Of a DNA stretch of 32,000 nt, positions 8,770-17,317 are shown piece after piece. Source of the DNA: Vibrio vulnificus CMCP6 (GTDB lineage: Bacteria > Pseudomonadota > Gammaproteobacteria > Enterobacterales > Vibrionaceae). Each line of letters opens with the position of its first letter. The stretch's first letter is position 1. The DNA is taken from NCBI RefSeq assembly GCF_000039765.1, contig NC_004460.2, forward strand, positions 990,001 through 1,022,000, in the 5' to 3' direction. A model generated the notes under the pieces. That model did not search any database and was not told the origin of the DNA. It was given only the letters and a program-made list of their open reading frames with translations. A program made the position numbers and the translations under genes.

Positions 8770-9288
8770 TCAGTGTGAGAGACGTTGACGAGGGTGGGTT
8801 AATGACGACATGACGGCAAGCGTGTCAAGCTCATGGCTGAGCGCTAAATAGTACCAATCAAAGCAAAGTCCGCTATTTCGCAGGTTAGAGAAGCGCCCAA
8901 AGTGTTCGAATCCCAACTTCATTAAGTTTTGGTTCGACGCCAAGTTCTCCGGTTTGATCACTGCGTATAACAGTGATAAACCTTGCTCACGGGCATAATC
9001 GATGCGCATTTGAGTCAGGCGCTTGGCAATGCCTCGCCCCTGATACTCAGGTAAGACATACAAATGGCCAATTTCACCGATGGTTGGCTGAGTCAGAGTT
9101 TTGATCGTCGCAACAGCAATCACTTGTTCACCATCCAGCGCCACTGCCACGCAGTAATCGTGAGCAAGATTAATGGGGGTCATCAGTCGCTTCGCGTTCG
9201 GCAAGGTGTTCAGATGAGCTTGTGCCTCAAGCAACTGAGCAGAATTGGGATGAAGTTGATAGTGAATCGACACCGATGCAGTCTCCAA
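8770..9288 (-). CDS. GNAT family N-acetyltransferase
   Basis: Motif A is present (YVLPEYQGRGIAKRLTQ). The start is uncertain: TTG at 9288, or GTG at 9273 with GGAG 9 nt upstream. Confidence 0.8.
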   Translation of the reverse strand: METASVSIHYQLHPNSAQLLEAQAHLNTLPNAKRLMTPINLAHDYCVAVALDGEQVIAVATIKTLTQPTIGEIGHLYVLPEYQGRGIAKRLTQMRIDYAREQGLSLLYAVIKPENLASNQNLMKLGFEHFGRFSNLRNSGLCFDWYYLALSHELDTLAVMSSLTHPRQRLSH

Positions 9289-9289
9289 C

Positions 9290-9317
9290 GAGCTTATTGA
9301 GCTCCCTCAATAAGCTC
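9290..9317. repeat. Perfect 12-bp inverted repeat with a 4-nt loop in the 44-bp gap between the MscS-family gene and the GNAT gene
   Basis: gagcttattgag (9290-9301), ctcc, ctcaataagctc (9306-9317). On the coding (minus) strand the loop reads GGAG. No U-tract follows on either strand. Confidence 0.9.
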
Positions 9318-9332
9318 TATTGCGAACAAAAA

Positions 9333-10973
9333 CTAAGGCAGCGCTTGTGCCTCAAACGTGGCAGGCACAATACGAGAACCATTGTTCTCTACAATTTCCA
9401 TTATGCCTAAGTGTAGCTCCTGCGCAGCCACTTGGTAGACGGGCAAACTTTTGCTGCCAATGTAGGCAAACACGTTGATTTCCAACCCATGTGCACCAAA
9501 GCCTCGAAAGGTGACTCGCAATGGTTTTTTATCCACTTTTTCGTGATTTTCCAGCAGCGCTTTGATCTCTTCAATGATGGTTTTCAACTGTGCTGTAGTG
9601 GTGCAGTAATCCAAACGAATATCGGTTTTAAAGCGAATTTTCTCTCGCTCGGAGATGTTTTCGATCTCCATTTCCGCCAGTTTTGCGTTGGGCACGTGAA
9701 TCACTGTGCGGTCAATAGTACGCACTCGGGTGCAGCGTAAACCAATCTCTTCAACGGTGCCTCGGATGCCTCCAAAGCTACACAGGTTCCCCACTTTCAC
9801 TGGCGCCGCAGAGTAGAGCGTCATGGTGCCAATGAAGTTCTCTAATGACTGTTTCGATGCCAGCGCCAGTGCCACGCCACCAACCCCCATACCAGCCAAC
9901 AACGCCGTTGCATTGAAGCCGTGGTATTCCATCCATGACAGTACCGCAAACACCAACAAGATAATGCGGAAGAAAGTGAGAAATGGCCTGACCATCGCTG
10001 CGCTTTGCTTGTTGCCTTTGTCGATTAGCCGCTCACGCATCACGTATTGCAGCAGACCAATCAACGCCCAACCTAGCCACAAACTGGCGAGGAAAAAGAG
10101 ATACCCATTATCGATTAGCTCGCGCGCTGTCACGGTTAAGGTGGTGTTTGAGAGCAGAGAGTGATCCAACCCTAGTGCAAGGAAAAACAGTAAAGGCCCG
10201 GACAACAAATTAGCCAGATCATCTTTCATCTTCATTTTACTGCGGCGAACAAGCCAGCTCGCGAGCAGGGCAAATGGCGTGATGACTAAAAAGGAGGCGC
10301 CAAGATAAGCCGAAAGCAGCGCAATCTCCCACAGATTCAGTTTGAAAAGGTACCCACGTGGCACGTTGTCGATGAACCATTCACTCAGAGGCCCATAACC
10401 CAACTCTTCATATAATTTGGGAACCATGGTGACAGTCGCGTTCGACACTTTCCAAATTTTTCCTAGGCTTTTGCTCGGTACTTGCTGCAACAACAAGGTA
10501 ATTTCGGCGTCTTTAATGGTGATCACGCCAAAAGAGTCACGATACTCAGGCAAAAAATCATCATCGGCACCCGCAGGCGAATCACTGATGTCTTGTAAGT
10601 TGATCCAGACATTGCGCTCAATTATCGCATGCAGCTGCCGAGCATACTCCGCCCCTTGCTGAGGATTCAGATGAGAAGGTAAGTAACGCATATCAAGGTA
10701 TTTTGCGGCTTTCGCATAATCTTGCGCATAAGCGGCCACCAAAAAACCATTTAGAGCACCACGGGGCGTATCACGCTGTAAAGGGTCTTTATACTGATAA
10801 GGCAAAGTCAGATTTGCGTCTGTTGCGGCCGGAGCGCTGCTCGCCTCTTCCGTCATATTGAGCAATAAACTGCTCGGGATCGCTTGAACAATAGGAGAAA
10901 AAAAGCCAATAACGAGGAGTAGCACTCTAAGCGCGTTCAAAACCATGTCACATCCATTTGGGTTAGCATTCAC
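9333..10973 (-). CDS. MscS-family mechanosensitive channel with a large N-terminal periplasmic domain
   Basis: Signal-like N-terminus (MVLNALRVLLLVIGFFSPIVQA), a soluble region of about 200 aa, and multiple TM segments. The MscS core follows (LENFIGTMTLYSAAPVKVGNLCSFGGIRGTVEEIGLRCTRVRTIDRTVIHVPNAKL). The track start is GTG at 10973; an alternative ATG lies at 10946. Confidence 0.8.
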   Translation of the reverse strand: MNANPNGCDMVLNALRVLLLVIGFFSPIVQAIPSSLLLNMTEEASSAPAATDANLTLPYQYKDPLQRDTPRGALNGFLVAAYAQDYAKAAKYLDMRYLPSHLNPQQGAEYARQLHAIIERNVWINLQDISDSPAGADDDFLPEYRDSFGVITIKDAEITLLLQQVPSKSLGKIWKVSNATVTMVPKLYEELGYGPLSEWFIDNVPRGYLFKLNLWEIALLSAYLGASFLVITPFALLASWLVRRSKMKMKDDLANLLSGPLLFFLALGLDHSLLSNTTLTVTARELIDNGYLFFLASLWLGWALIGLLQYVMRERLIDKGNKQSAAMVRPFLTFFRIILLVFAVLSWMEYHGFNATALLAGMGVGGVALALASKQSLENFIGTMTLYSAAPVKVGNLCSFGGIRGTVEEIGLRCTRVRTIDRTVIHVPNAKLAEMEIENISEREKIRFKTDIRLDYCTTTAQLKTIIEEIKALLENHEKVDKKPLRVTFRGFGAHGLEINVFAYIGSKSLPVYQVAAQELHLGIMEIVENNGSRIVPATFEAQALP

Positions 10974-11363
10974 AGGCGAAGTTTATAGTTGCAATCTCGC
11001 GCTGACCAGAAATAGTTAACAATGTTAATGAATTGCCATCTTCACGCGTCGCAAGAGACAAAATGCGCGCAAGTTAATGTGCACTTTTCATTAAAAATGA
11101 AAATAAATTGAAAAATATGAACATGATATTCGTATGATTAAACGTAAAATCCACATATAAAGTAAGCATAATTTCAACAATTCTGGAATCTATGATTACT
11201 GAATTTACATTTTAACAAAGGTAACAAAGGTGTTACTTTACACAGCGCTGGTCAGACTGATTCGAAGCGTCCAATCCCTTGAAAGCTTCTTGACAGGAAC
11301 AAAATGGATTTTTTGGCGACCATCTCCAAAATGAATAGACACACCAAATATGGTGCCCTTTTT

Positions 11364-11398
11364 GCCCACGTAACAGCCTATACGTGGGCTTTCTTTTT
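11364..11398 (+). terminator. Strong plus-strand intrinsic terminator with no annotated plus-strand gene upstream
   Basis: gcccacgta (11364-11372) pairs with tacgtgggc (11381-11389) across an 8-nt loop, followed by tttcttttt. On the minus strand the hairpin would be followed by A-rich sequence, so the orientation is plus only. Confidence 0.8.
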
Positions 11399-11466
11399 GC
11401 CTGTACCTCAAACATTTACGTCTTACAAAAACGCATTACATTAGAGGAGAAGAGCAACCAATTCCA

Positions 11467-11736
11467 TTACGACTTAGTTTGATCCACTTTCTGACACTTA
11501 ATGTGCACTAACTGTTCTTGTTCTTCTTTAATGTGCTTCACGAGTTTAGCGTCACGCTCTTCAATCGCTTTTGCATTCTCTTGGTTAATGCTGACGATCG
11601 CTTCTTGTTTCATGGCACTCATATCGTATTTCAGTTCTTCACTCCATTGAGTTGTTTCAAGGGAATTAGCCTGTACTACGGACGATGCTGCAAGGATTGC
11701 AATCAGACTAGGAACGAAGAGAATTGAACGTTTCAT
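11467..11736 (-). CDS. Small secreted/periplasmic protein of unknown function (89 aa)
   Basis: Signal peptide MKRSILFVPSLIAILAASSVVQA/NS, then a charged helical mature part. A good GAGGAA SD lies upstream of the ATG. Confidence 0.7.
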   Translation of the reverse strand: MKRSILFVPSLIAILAASSVVQANSLETTQWSEELKYDMSAMKQEAIVSINQENAKAIEERDAKLVKHIKEEQEQLVHIKCQKVDQTKS

Positions 11737-12035
11737 ATTTATTTCCTCACGCTTTGGATTTTTATTACCAACTGCATTCTAGATTGCACTATGCGTGCCA
11801 ATTTTATAAATGATACATATCAATCACTTACAGTTATGCAAAATATCAATCAATCGAAGCGTTGGCGAAATTTACAAACTGTGTGCAAATTTTACCAATT
11901 GTTTCCAACTCACTTTTGCATCGGTGATGCTCACAAAGTGTTCTACCTGCTGATTCACATGCTGATGATCTTTTTTGTGGTGCTATCTAAAGCGTAGAGG
12001 CTGTTGTCACTTTGTGCTCACCGTAAAACGCAAGG

Positions 12036-12063
12036 CATAAAAAATGCCGCTCGTAAGCGGCAT
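12036..12063 (-). terminator. Rho-independent terminator of the RND operon
   Basis: atgccgct (12044-12051), cgta, agcggcat (12056-12063). On the minus strand the hairpin is followed by tttttt. It lies 21 nt past the RND stop codon. Confidence 0.85.
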
Positions 12064-12083
12064 GGGATAATGATAAATCAGCC

Positions 12084-15000
12084 TTAAGCGTTCGCTTTAC
12101 GCAGTGAGGAGAAGCGTCGCCATGGATAGCAGAGACCACGCCATACTTTGCCGAGCAGATGTTTAATGTCTTCCAAGATCAAGTAAAGACATGGCACTAA
12201 CACCAGCGTCAGCAAGGTAGCAAAGAGCACAGCAAACCCCAGAGCGACAGCCATTGGAATGACAAATCTCGCCTGCAAGCTGGTTTCGAACATGATCGGT
12301 AACACCCCAACAAAGGTGGTGATCGAGGTCAGTGTGATCGCGCGAAAACGTGCGCAACCCGCCTGCACCACCGCATCTTTGATCGACATTCCTTCACGGC
12401 GCACTTGGTTAACATAATCCGTCATGACCAGAGAATCATTGATCACGACCCCCGCAGCCGCAATGAGGCCGAAGGTGGACATCATACTGATATCGAGACC
12501 CAACCAGTAATGACCCCAAATGGCCCCAGTGAGACTAAACGGAATAACCGACATCACTATTAACGGCTGCGTATAACTCTTCAGTGGTACTGCCAGCAAG
12601 ATATAAACAATGATCATCCCCGCGACAAAGAAAATGATCTGCTCATTACGCTGCGCTTGCTGTTCCTCAATGCTGCCACCAAGCTCCGTTCGGACGCCAG
12701 GGAATTTCTCTTTCAATTCAGGCAATAACGACTCCCGTACGGTTTTCACCACTTCGTTTGGCTCGACCACTTCCTCATCGATGGAGCCGTAAACATAAAC
12801 GGTTTTGTAGCCTTGCTCACGACGAATACTGCTCACGCCCGGCTGCTCATCAATGGTCACGACATCACCGAGCATCACTTTCTTGCCAGTGGGCGTGGTG
12901 ATCACCGCGTAACGAAGTGAGGCAAACGCCTCACGCGTCAATTTCGGATAACGCACCATCACCTTCAGCTCTTCTCCATCGCGGATAAAACGTTGTGCTT
13001 CGCCGCCATAAAAACTGCCACCAACTTGTTCAGCAATCATGGTGAGATCTAAGCCCAAGTCATAAGCCACAGGAGCCAGAGAGAGCAGTACTTCTTTACT
13101 TCCTGAATCAATGCTTGAGGAGATATCAAACAGGCCATTTTGCTCCTGCAAACGCGTGATCAGGTAACGCCCTGCCGCATTGAGCTGCTCAATATCCGTG
13201 CCAAAGAGGCGATAGCCAAACTCATCACCATCATCGCCACTGTTGGTGGCATCACGAATAGTGAGGCTTTTTACCCCCGCGAGAGTGGGCAGTTTTTCAC
13301 GCCACATTCTTGAAAGTTCAAAGGTATTAAATGGGCGAAGCTCTTCATCCACCAAGGGCACGACTATGCGCCCTTCGGTGCGTCCTCGGTTGTATGAAAG
13401 CATGTCGCGTATCATGCCACGTCCATGTTGCGCGATGGTCTCCTCTTCAACCTCGTTGATCACTCGCTCAATCTGTTTCAACGCGTCAATGGTCTGCTCA
13501 CTGGAAACGTTGTCGTTCATTTTCACCGTCACCGCAGGAAAATCCGTCGGCACTTTCGGGTTCATGATGATGCGAACATGATTGGAAGTGACCAAACCAA
13601 CACTGATCACCAATAAAACCACAAAAAACGCCATCACACTCCAACGCCAATGAGTGCATTTGCGCACAAAGCGCTGGTAAGGCCCATTCACGAAACCAAA
13701 GAAACGTGTATTGAAGCGAGCACGCCAGCCATCTGGTTTGATGGGGCTAAATTTGGTGTGCGCTAAGTGAGCCGGAAGAATCAATTTAGACTCAATCAAG
13801 CTGAAAATAAGGCAGAGCATCACAACCGCCGCAATGCCGACAAAAAACGCGCGCTCAGGGCCTGATGACATCAAAAATGGGGCGAACACCGCAATGGTGG
13901 TGAGGACGCCAAAAGTCGCGGGTGTTGCCACCTTTTTCACCCCAGTGATGACATTGTCAACGCCACCGCCTTTTTTCTCGATTTCACTGTAGGCGCTTTC
14001 GCCTATGACAATCGCATCATCCACCACAATGCCCAGCACCATAATGAAGGCAAACAGTGAAACGATGTTGATCGTCACGCCAATAAAAGGCATCACCATC
14101 ACCGCGCCAAGGAAACAAACGGGCAAGCCAATCATTACCCACAACGCTAAGCGCACACGCAAGAAAATACTCAACATGATGGCAACTAAAACGGCCCCTT
14201 GCAGGAGGTTTTTCAGCATCATGTCCAAACGCCCTTGCAAGTAATAAGTCATGTCGACCAGTGTTTTGATTTGCAAATCATCGGGTAGCAGCTCATTTTT
14301 ATGCGCAATGTAAGCTTTGACCGATTCAGCGACTGGGATCATGTCCTGATCTTTGGTCGCCTTCACCGACAAATAAATCGCATTTTGCCCCGAAAACTGG
14401 AAGTAACGCTCAGCTTCGGTAAAGCCATCTTTTATGGTCGCAATGTCTTGCAGTAAGACTTTCGCGCCATTGGCGCCTAACTTGACGGGAATATTGCGAA
14501 ACTCTTCCCCTTTGTAGTACTGGTTTTCAATCCTCACGGCAATCATGCCAGCGCTCGTGCTCACTTCACCCGCGGAGTAGTTCGCGGAATAGCGGCGAAT
14601 CGCGTTAGTTACGTCGTTTAAGGTCAGGTCATATTTGCGCAGCACGAGCGGATCCACTTCAATCGCAATTTCCTCTTCTGGCGCACTCAATTCCACCAGC
14701 ATGACGTTTTGCAATTGCAGCAGCTCATCTTCGATCTTCTTCGCGATCGGTTTGAGCTCTTCCAATGGCCGATCTCCAACTAACGACAGTTCAATCACAT
14801 CTTGGCGAAACTCATATTGATAGATGTTGACGGGCTCCATGCCTTTCGGAAAGCTCGCAATGGTGCTGATTCTCTGTTTCACATCATCCAACACCTCTTT
14901 GATGTCGGCTTTGACGTTGATCTCCAATGAGATATGCGCGTTGCCGCGCGAGGCGGTAGAAACGGCTTGCTTGATACCCGTCACGTCTTTGAGTGACTCT

Positions 15001-15221
15001 TCCATCTTGAGCAAAATGCTCTCTTCAATCTCTTGAGGAGAAGCACCCGGATAGCTAGCGCTAACGTTGATGTAATTCACTTCAATGTTCGGAAACATCT
15101 GACGTTGAATGAAAAAGAAACTGACGATCCCCATGATGATGATGAACACCATCAGTAGGTTGGCCGCCACTGAGTTGTGCGCGAAATAGCTGATCAGGCC
15201 GCGCTGTTGGTTAGATTCCAT
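12084..15221 (-). CDS. RND efflux pump inner-membrane permease (AcrB/AcrD/AcrF family)
   Basis: 1045 aa with typical RND N-terminus (LISYFAHNSVAANLLMVFIIIMGIVSFFFIQRQMFP), two large periplasmic loops and 12 TM segments. An AAGGAG SD lies 6 nt upstream, directly after the adaptor gene's stop. Confidence 0.9.
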   Translation of the reverse strand: MESNQQRGLISYFAHNSVAANLLMVFIIIMGIVSFFFIQRQMFPNIEVNYINVSASYPGASPQEIEESILLKMEESLKDVTGIKQAVSTASRGNAHISLEINVKADIKEVLDDVKQRISTIASFPKGMEPVNIYQYEFRQDVIELSLVGDRPLEELKPIAKKIEDELLQLQNVMLVELSAPEEEIAIEVDPLVLRKYDLTLNDVTNAIRRYSANYSAGEVSTSAGMIAVRIENQYYKGEEFRNIPVKLGANGAKVLLQDIATIKDGFTEAERYFQFSGQNAIYLSVKATKDQDMIPVAESVKAYIAHKNELLPDDLQIKTLVDMTYYLQGRLDMMLKNLLQGAVLVAIMLSIFLRVRLALWVMIGLPVCFLGAVMVMPFIGVTINIVSLFAFIMVLGIVVDDAIVIGESAYSEIEKKGGGVDNVITGVKKVATPATFGVLTTIAVFAPFLMSSGPERAFFVGIAAVVMLCLIFSLIESKLILPAHLAHTKFSPIKPDGWRARFNTRFFGFVNGPYQRFVRKCTHWRWSVMAFFVVLLVISVGLVTSNHVRIIMNPKVPTDFPAVTVKMNDNVSSEQTIDALKQIERVINEVEEETIAQHGRGMIRDMLSYNRGRTEGRIVVPLVDEELRPFNTFELSRMWREKLPTLAGVKSLTIRDATNSGDDGDEFGYRLFGTDIEQLNAAGRYLITRLQEQNGLFDISSSIDSGSKEVLLSLAPVAYDLGLDLTMIAEQVGGSFYGGEAQRFIRDGEELKVMVRYPKLTREAFASLRYAVITTPTGKKVMLGDVVTIDEQPGVSSIRREQGYKTVYVYGSIDEEVVEPNEVVKTVRESLLPELKEKFPGVRTELGGSIEEQQAQRNEQIIFFVAGMIIVYILLAVPLKSYTQPLIVMSVIPFSLTGAIWGHYWLGLDISMMSTFGLIAAAGVVINDSLVMTDYVNQVRREGMSIKDAVVQAGCARFRAITLTSITTFVGVLPIMFETSLQARFVIPMAVALGFAVLFATLLTLVLVPCLYLILEDIKHLLGKVWRGLCYPWRRFSSLRKANA

Positions 15222-15232
15222 CCTGCGCTCCT

Positions 15233-16387
15233 TTAGCCTTGATTTGCTGCGTCAGCGTTTTTTGCCTGAGAGAGCTTTACCGACATGCCTTTTTGTGGAT
15301 ATTCCGGCACCGTGAGCACCAGTTTATCGCTCTGCTCAATACCCTCTGAAATCAGGACAAATTCACCTTCTGAACGCAATACATTGACGGTTCTTGGATA
15401 GAGCTGGTTTTCCTCGTTCACGACCCAAACCGTGCGGTTGCTAACCAGTTCTTGCGGCAAGCGATAGATGTGTTTGAGCTCTTTGCCTGCAAATTGCACC
15501 TCCACGTAGGAGCCGAACTTGATCGCCGGCTTTTGCGAATTAATGCCATACGGGTCATCAATACGAACCACAACGTTGATCATGCGTGTGGCGGAATCAA
15601 TCATCGCTAAGTCACGGTCAATGTTGCCCTCTCGTTCGACTTGGCGAAGCCCCTGCAAACGAATGGTGGCACGAATGTTCGACAGTTTTTCAGGCAAGAA
15701 AGCACTGTCAAAGCCAGCAATAGGAATGTGAATTTCAGCCGCTTCAATATTGTTGAGTAGCGCAACTTCACTGCCTGCGGAAATAAATTGGCCAACCCCT
15801 ATTTGTCGTGAGACGACTAACGCGTCGTACGGGGCGACCACCTTACAGTTTTCCAGATCGCGCTCTGCTCGTTTGAGCGATGCCAGTGCCGATTTCACCT
15901 GGGCTTCCGCGCTGAGCAATTGTGGCTTACGCAAATAGAGATCAGACACTTGTTTGTCGTTCAGGTTTTTGGCTTGGCGCTCAGCAACTTTCGCTTTCGC
16001 TTTTTCCTCGATCAACGCCGCTTTTGCCGACGCTAACTCCGCTTCGGCTTGTAACACAGCCGCTTGGTAGTTATCCGATTCAATGGAAAACAGCACCTCT
16101 CCACGCTTTACAATTCCCCCCGTAACAAAGTTCGGGTGCCAAGACACCACCTCACCAGAGACTTGCGCAGACAAACGGGTCGTTTCAAAAGGCACCAACT
16201 CGCCATGACTGGTGATCATCACCTTGTGTTCCGTTGGGAACAGTGGGGCCGTTTCGACAATGGTTTCGGCCACAGCCTCTTTTTTATCGTCTGTTTCCGG
16301 CCCCGATGCAGCGATGGCTTGATAAGCAACGTATCCGCCCCCCAACAGGGCGACAGGCAAAATCCAACGAGCGACATTGTGTAACAT
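15233..16387 (-). CDS. RND efflux periplasmic adaptor (membrane fusion protein, HlyD family)
   Basis: N-terminal anchor, a coiled-coil hairpin (AVLQAEAELASAKAALIEEKAKAKVAERQAK...AEAQVKSALASLKRAERDLENCKV) and beta-barrel regions. I prefer the ATG at 16387 (AAGGA, 5-nt spacing) over the track start at 16393, which overlaps that SD. Confidence 0.88.
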   Translation of the reverse strand: MLHNVARWILPVALLGGGYVAYQAIAASGPETDDKKEAVAETIVETAPLFPTEHKVMITSHGELVPFETTRLSAQVSGEVVSWHPNFVTGGIVKRGEVLFSIESDNYQAAVLQAEAELASAKAALIEEKAKAKVAERQAKNLNDKQVSDLYLRKPQLLSAEAQVKSALASLKRAERDLENCKVVAPYDALVVSRQIGVGQFISAGSEVALLNNIEAAEIHIPIAGFDSAFLPEKLSNIRATIRLQGLRQVEREGNIDRDLAMIDSATRMINVVVRIDDPYGINSQKPAIKFGSYVEVQFAGKELKHIYRLPQELVSNRTVWVVNEENQLYPRTVNVLRSEGEFVLISEGIEQSDKLVLTVPEYPQKGMSVKLSQAKNADAANQG

Positions 16388-16819
16388 GAGCATCCTTATT
16401 CTGTGTTTTATTTACCTCGCTAAAACGTCACGCCAGCGAGGTATTGTTATGTTTTACGTTTCTCTCTTCGATTCGATCTCAAATCCACTTGCCGAACACA
16501 CTTCAATAGGCAAGATTCATATCAAAAACTCAAAAGATAGACAGCGTAAATACCTTGAAATTCCCTTTTTGTAACAATTTTTGTGCCAAATGTTATTTAT
16601 CTATTTTTCAATTACTTACAAAATAAAGCATTCAAAATGAAAATAATTGGCGCGAATATCGCTCACTTTTGGTCATATTTGCCAAACGCATCTTCACGCT
16701 GATGCCACCATGACTTTGGGCATTTTCTCGTTCAATAAGCACCAGAGTCGGTTTGAAAGGCGGCTTTTTATAACCTATTTTCAAAGGTATGAATGGTTTA
16801 TGCATCGCTGGAGATGACA

Positions 16820-17317
16820 ATGAAATTTGCTTGGCTAATCGGGATACTCGCTCTGCTCCCAACATTGTGTTTGGCACAAATTTACCCTCCTCCCCAGGGT
16901 GAAGTTTTACTGACCATTAGTGGCAACATTGACAACCGCAACTCTCCGGATGGCTTTGTGCTTGATAGAGAAACGCTCGCTTCTTTTGAGCAAGTGACCA
17001 TTCAAACTGACAATCATGTTGTCGCCTCCGTTTATCAATACCAAGGCCCACGGCTGTCGGATCTACTGAGTTATGTCGGTGCAAAAGGCAGCGAGTTGAT
17101 TGTATTGGCGTGGGATGATTACGTCGCCACTATTCCAATCGAGGATGTGACCAATTACCCCGTGATCCTCGCCACGCACGAAAATGGCAAAGTCATGACG
17201 ATTGACGATAAAGGCCCGCTATTTGTGGTGTATCCCTTTAGTGACAACCCGGAGTTACGCTTTGACCTTTACTACAATCGCTCCGTTTGGCAAGTCCGTG
17301 AAATCAAAGTGGAATGA
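16820..17317 (+). CDS. Periplasmic protein with a molybdopterin-oxidoreductase-like fold (small accessory/sensor-type protein)
   Basis: Signal peptide MKFAWLIGILALLPTLCLA/QI, with GGAG 6 nt upstream of the ATG at 16820. The pattern FVLDRETLASF...YQGPRLSDLLSYVGAKGSELIVLAWDDYVATIPIEDV...ILATHENGKVM...KGPLFVVYP matches small Oxidored_molyb-like domains. The TGA stop overlaps the next ATG. Confidence 0.6.
   Translation: MKFAWLIGILALLPTLCLAQIYPPPQGEVLLTISGNIDNRNSPDGFVLDRETLASFEQVTIQTDNHVVASVYQYQGPRLSDLLSYVGAKGSELIVLAWDDYVATIPIEDVTNYPVILATHENGKVMTIDDKGPLFVVYPFSDNPELRFDLYYNRSVWQVREIKVE

Noticed and set aside
11233-11415. 60-aa minus-strand ORF in the 10974-11466 intergenic region.
   Set aside because: It has no SD and an odd composition (W/C/R-rich), and it spans the plus-strand terminator hairpin. 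The region is better explained as non-coding or a candidate sRNA.
11791-11997. 68-aa plus-strand ORF between the small secreted-protein gene and the RND terminator.
   Set aside because: It sits in AT-rich promoter-like sequence, has no SD and no recognisable motif, and is followed only by a terminator oriented for the opposite strand.
12163-15036. Numerous 60-112-aa ORFs on both strands inside the RND permease gene. Similar nested ORFs occur inside other long genes (for example 199-805, 2253-3356, 7162-8624, 9432-10662, 15519-16384, 21689-23086, 27390-28755, 29471-31066).
   Set aside because: They lie entirely within, or antisense to, long ORFs that have clear family signatures. They have low-complexity or Cys/Arg/Ser-rich compositions and no SD sequences. 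They are typical shadow ORFs.
16632-16877. 81-aa minus-strand ORF in the divergent promoter region, overlapping the start of the molybdopterin-oxidoreductase-like gene.
   Set aside because: It overlaps a better-supported gene start with a signal peptide and SD, and it has no SD or motif of its own.
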